In this document: positions 63,879 through 64,000 of the stretch, piece after piece
Layout: every line of letters begins with the position of its first letter
How positions within the stretch are numbered: the first letter of the stretch is position 1
From: Dictyostelium discoideum
Lineage: Eukaryota
Direction: 5' to 3'
NCBI GenBank assembly: GCA_000004695.1
Contig: CM000153.2
Location: 3,456,001-3,520,000, forward strand
Length of the DNA: 64,000 nt
The notes under the pieces: generated by a model
The model's input: the letters and a program-made list of their open reading frames with translations, nothing else
Databases searched by the model: none
What the model was told of the DNA's origin: nothing
Translations under genes and position numbers: made by a program

Positions 63879-64000
63879 ATGGAAGAACAACAACCACCAT
63901 CAATAAAGAAAAAAATTGTTGATTTTTTAACAAATTTTTTAAAGAAAAGACCATCACATGAAGATTTAAGAAGGGATAATATTTTAGTTGCGCCAAATAA
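63879..64000 (+). CDS. Partial ORF at window edge (MEEQQPPSIKKKIVDFLTNFLKKRPSHEDLRRDNILVAPN…)
   Basis: It starts at an ATG after an A-run. The frame is open to the window end. An RP-x-x-x-[ED]-L-x-x-x-N-I-L segment is vaguely RPEL-like. The sequence is too short to assign. Confidence 0.25.
   Translation, partial: MEEQQPPSIKKKIVDFLTNFLKKRPSHEDLRRDNILVAPN

Overview
The composition is unmistakably a dictyostelid nuclear genome, most likely Dictyostelium discoideum. Overall GC is about 22%. Coding GC is noticeably higher than the intergenic A/T homopolymer-rich DNA. Coding sequence is full of (AAT)n, (CAA)n and (ACA)n microsatellites giving poly-Asn, poly-Gln and poly-Thr. Introns are short and AT-rich with GTAAGT/GTGAGT...AG boundaries. 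I found no rRNA, tRNA or CRISPR, and nothing prokaryotic. Left about 50 kb (501..50448): this is dominated by two lineage-specific secreted gene families that are physically interleaved. The L family has at least 11 intact members plus one pseudogene. Its proteins are 470 to 680 aa with a signal peptide, a Cys-framed N-terminal motif (E-C-G...P-x-C-[ST]-[SL]-[EK]-D-A-[GS]-N-[RK]-A and LGNLY-x-[YFV]-CG), internal F-x-N-W-x-Q-T, YPKN and LPPIY-[IV]-VG-[AG] motifs, and a C-terminal C-x-C-x-x-C-x-Y-Y motif. Some members are soluble. Others carry a Thr/Pro mucin-like stalk, one TM helix and a conserved acidic Tyr-containing tail. One looks GPI-anchored. The S family has at least 7 members. These are about 250-aa secreted proteins with an N-terminal D-I-P-R-[AV]-[AS] motif, a [FY]-Y-L-N-[NS]-[IVL]-V-[AS]-L-[SG] motif and a C-terminal S-[RK]-[LF]-[FYM]...R-L end. 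L and S genes sit as neighbours (tandem, divergent or convergent) at least six times. The cluster contains a tandem segmental duplication of about 8.2 kb (a three-gene module: L-soluble, S, L-membrane). It also contains an inverted duplicate L pair with a 5' gene-conversion tract and a decayed partial tandem copy. Paralog comparisons are strongly mosaic (identical blocks next to highly substituted blocks). Also inside this array: two paralogous genes (C family) with a degenerate J-like N-terminus and a mitochondrial-carrier-like C-terminal motif. Right about 14 kb (52114..64000): this holds ordinary genes. These are a CCCH zinc-finger low-complexity protein (2 exons), an NDUFA12 complex-I subunit (3 exons, with a 582-nt intron carrying an (AGTAAT)n microsatellite), a GH35 beta-galactosidase (signal peptide on its own exon), a long poly-N/Q/S/P protein, an ML (MD-2-related lipid-recognition) domain protein and a partial ORF at the window edge. 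All coordinates and splice models are from manual reading. No database searches could be run.
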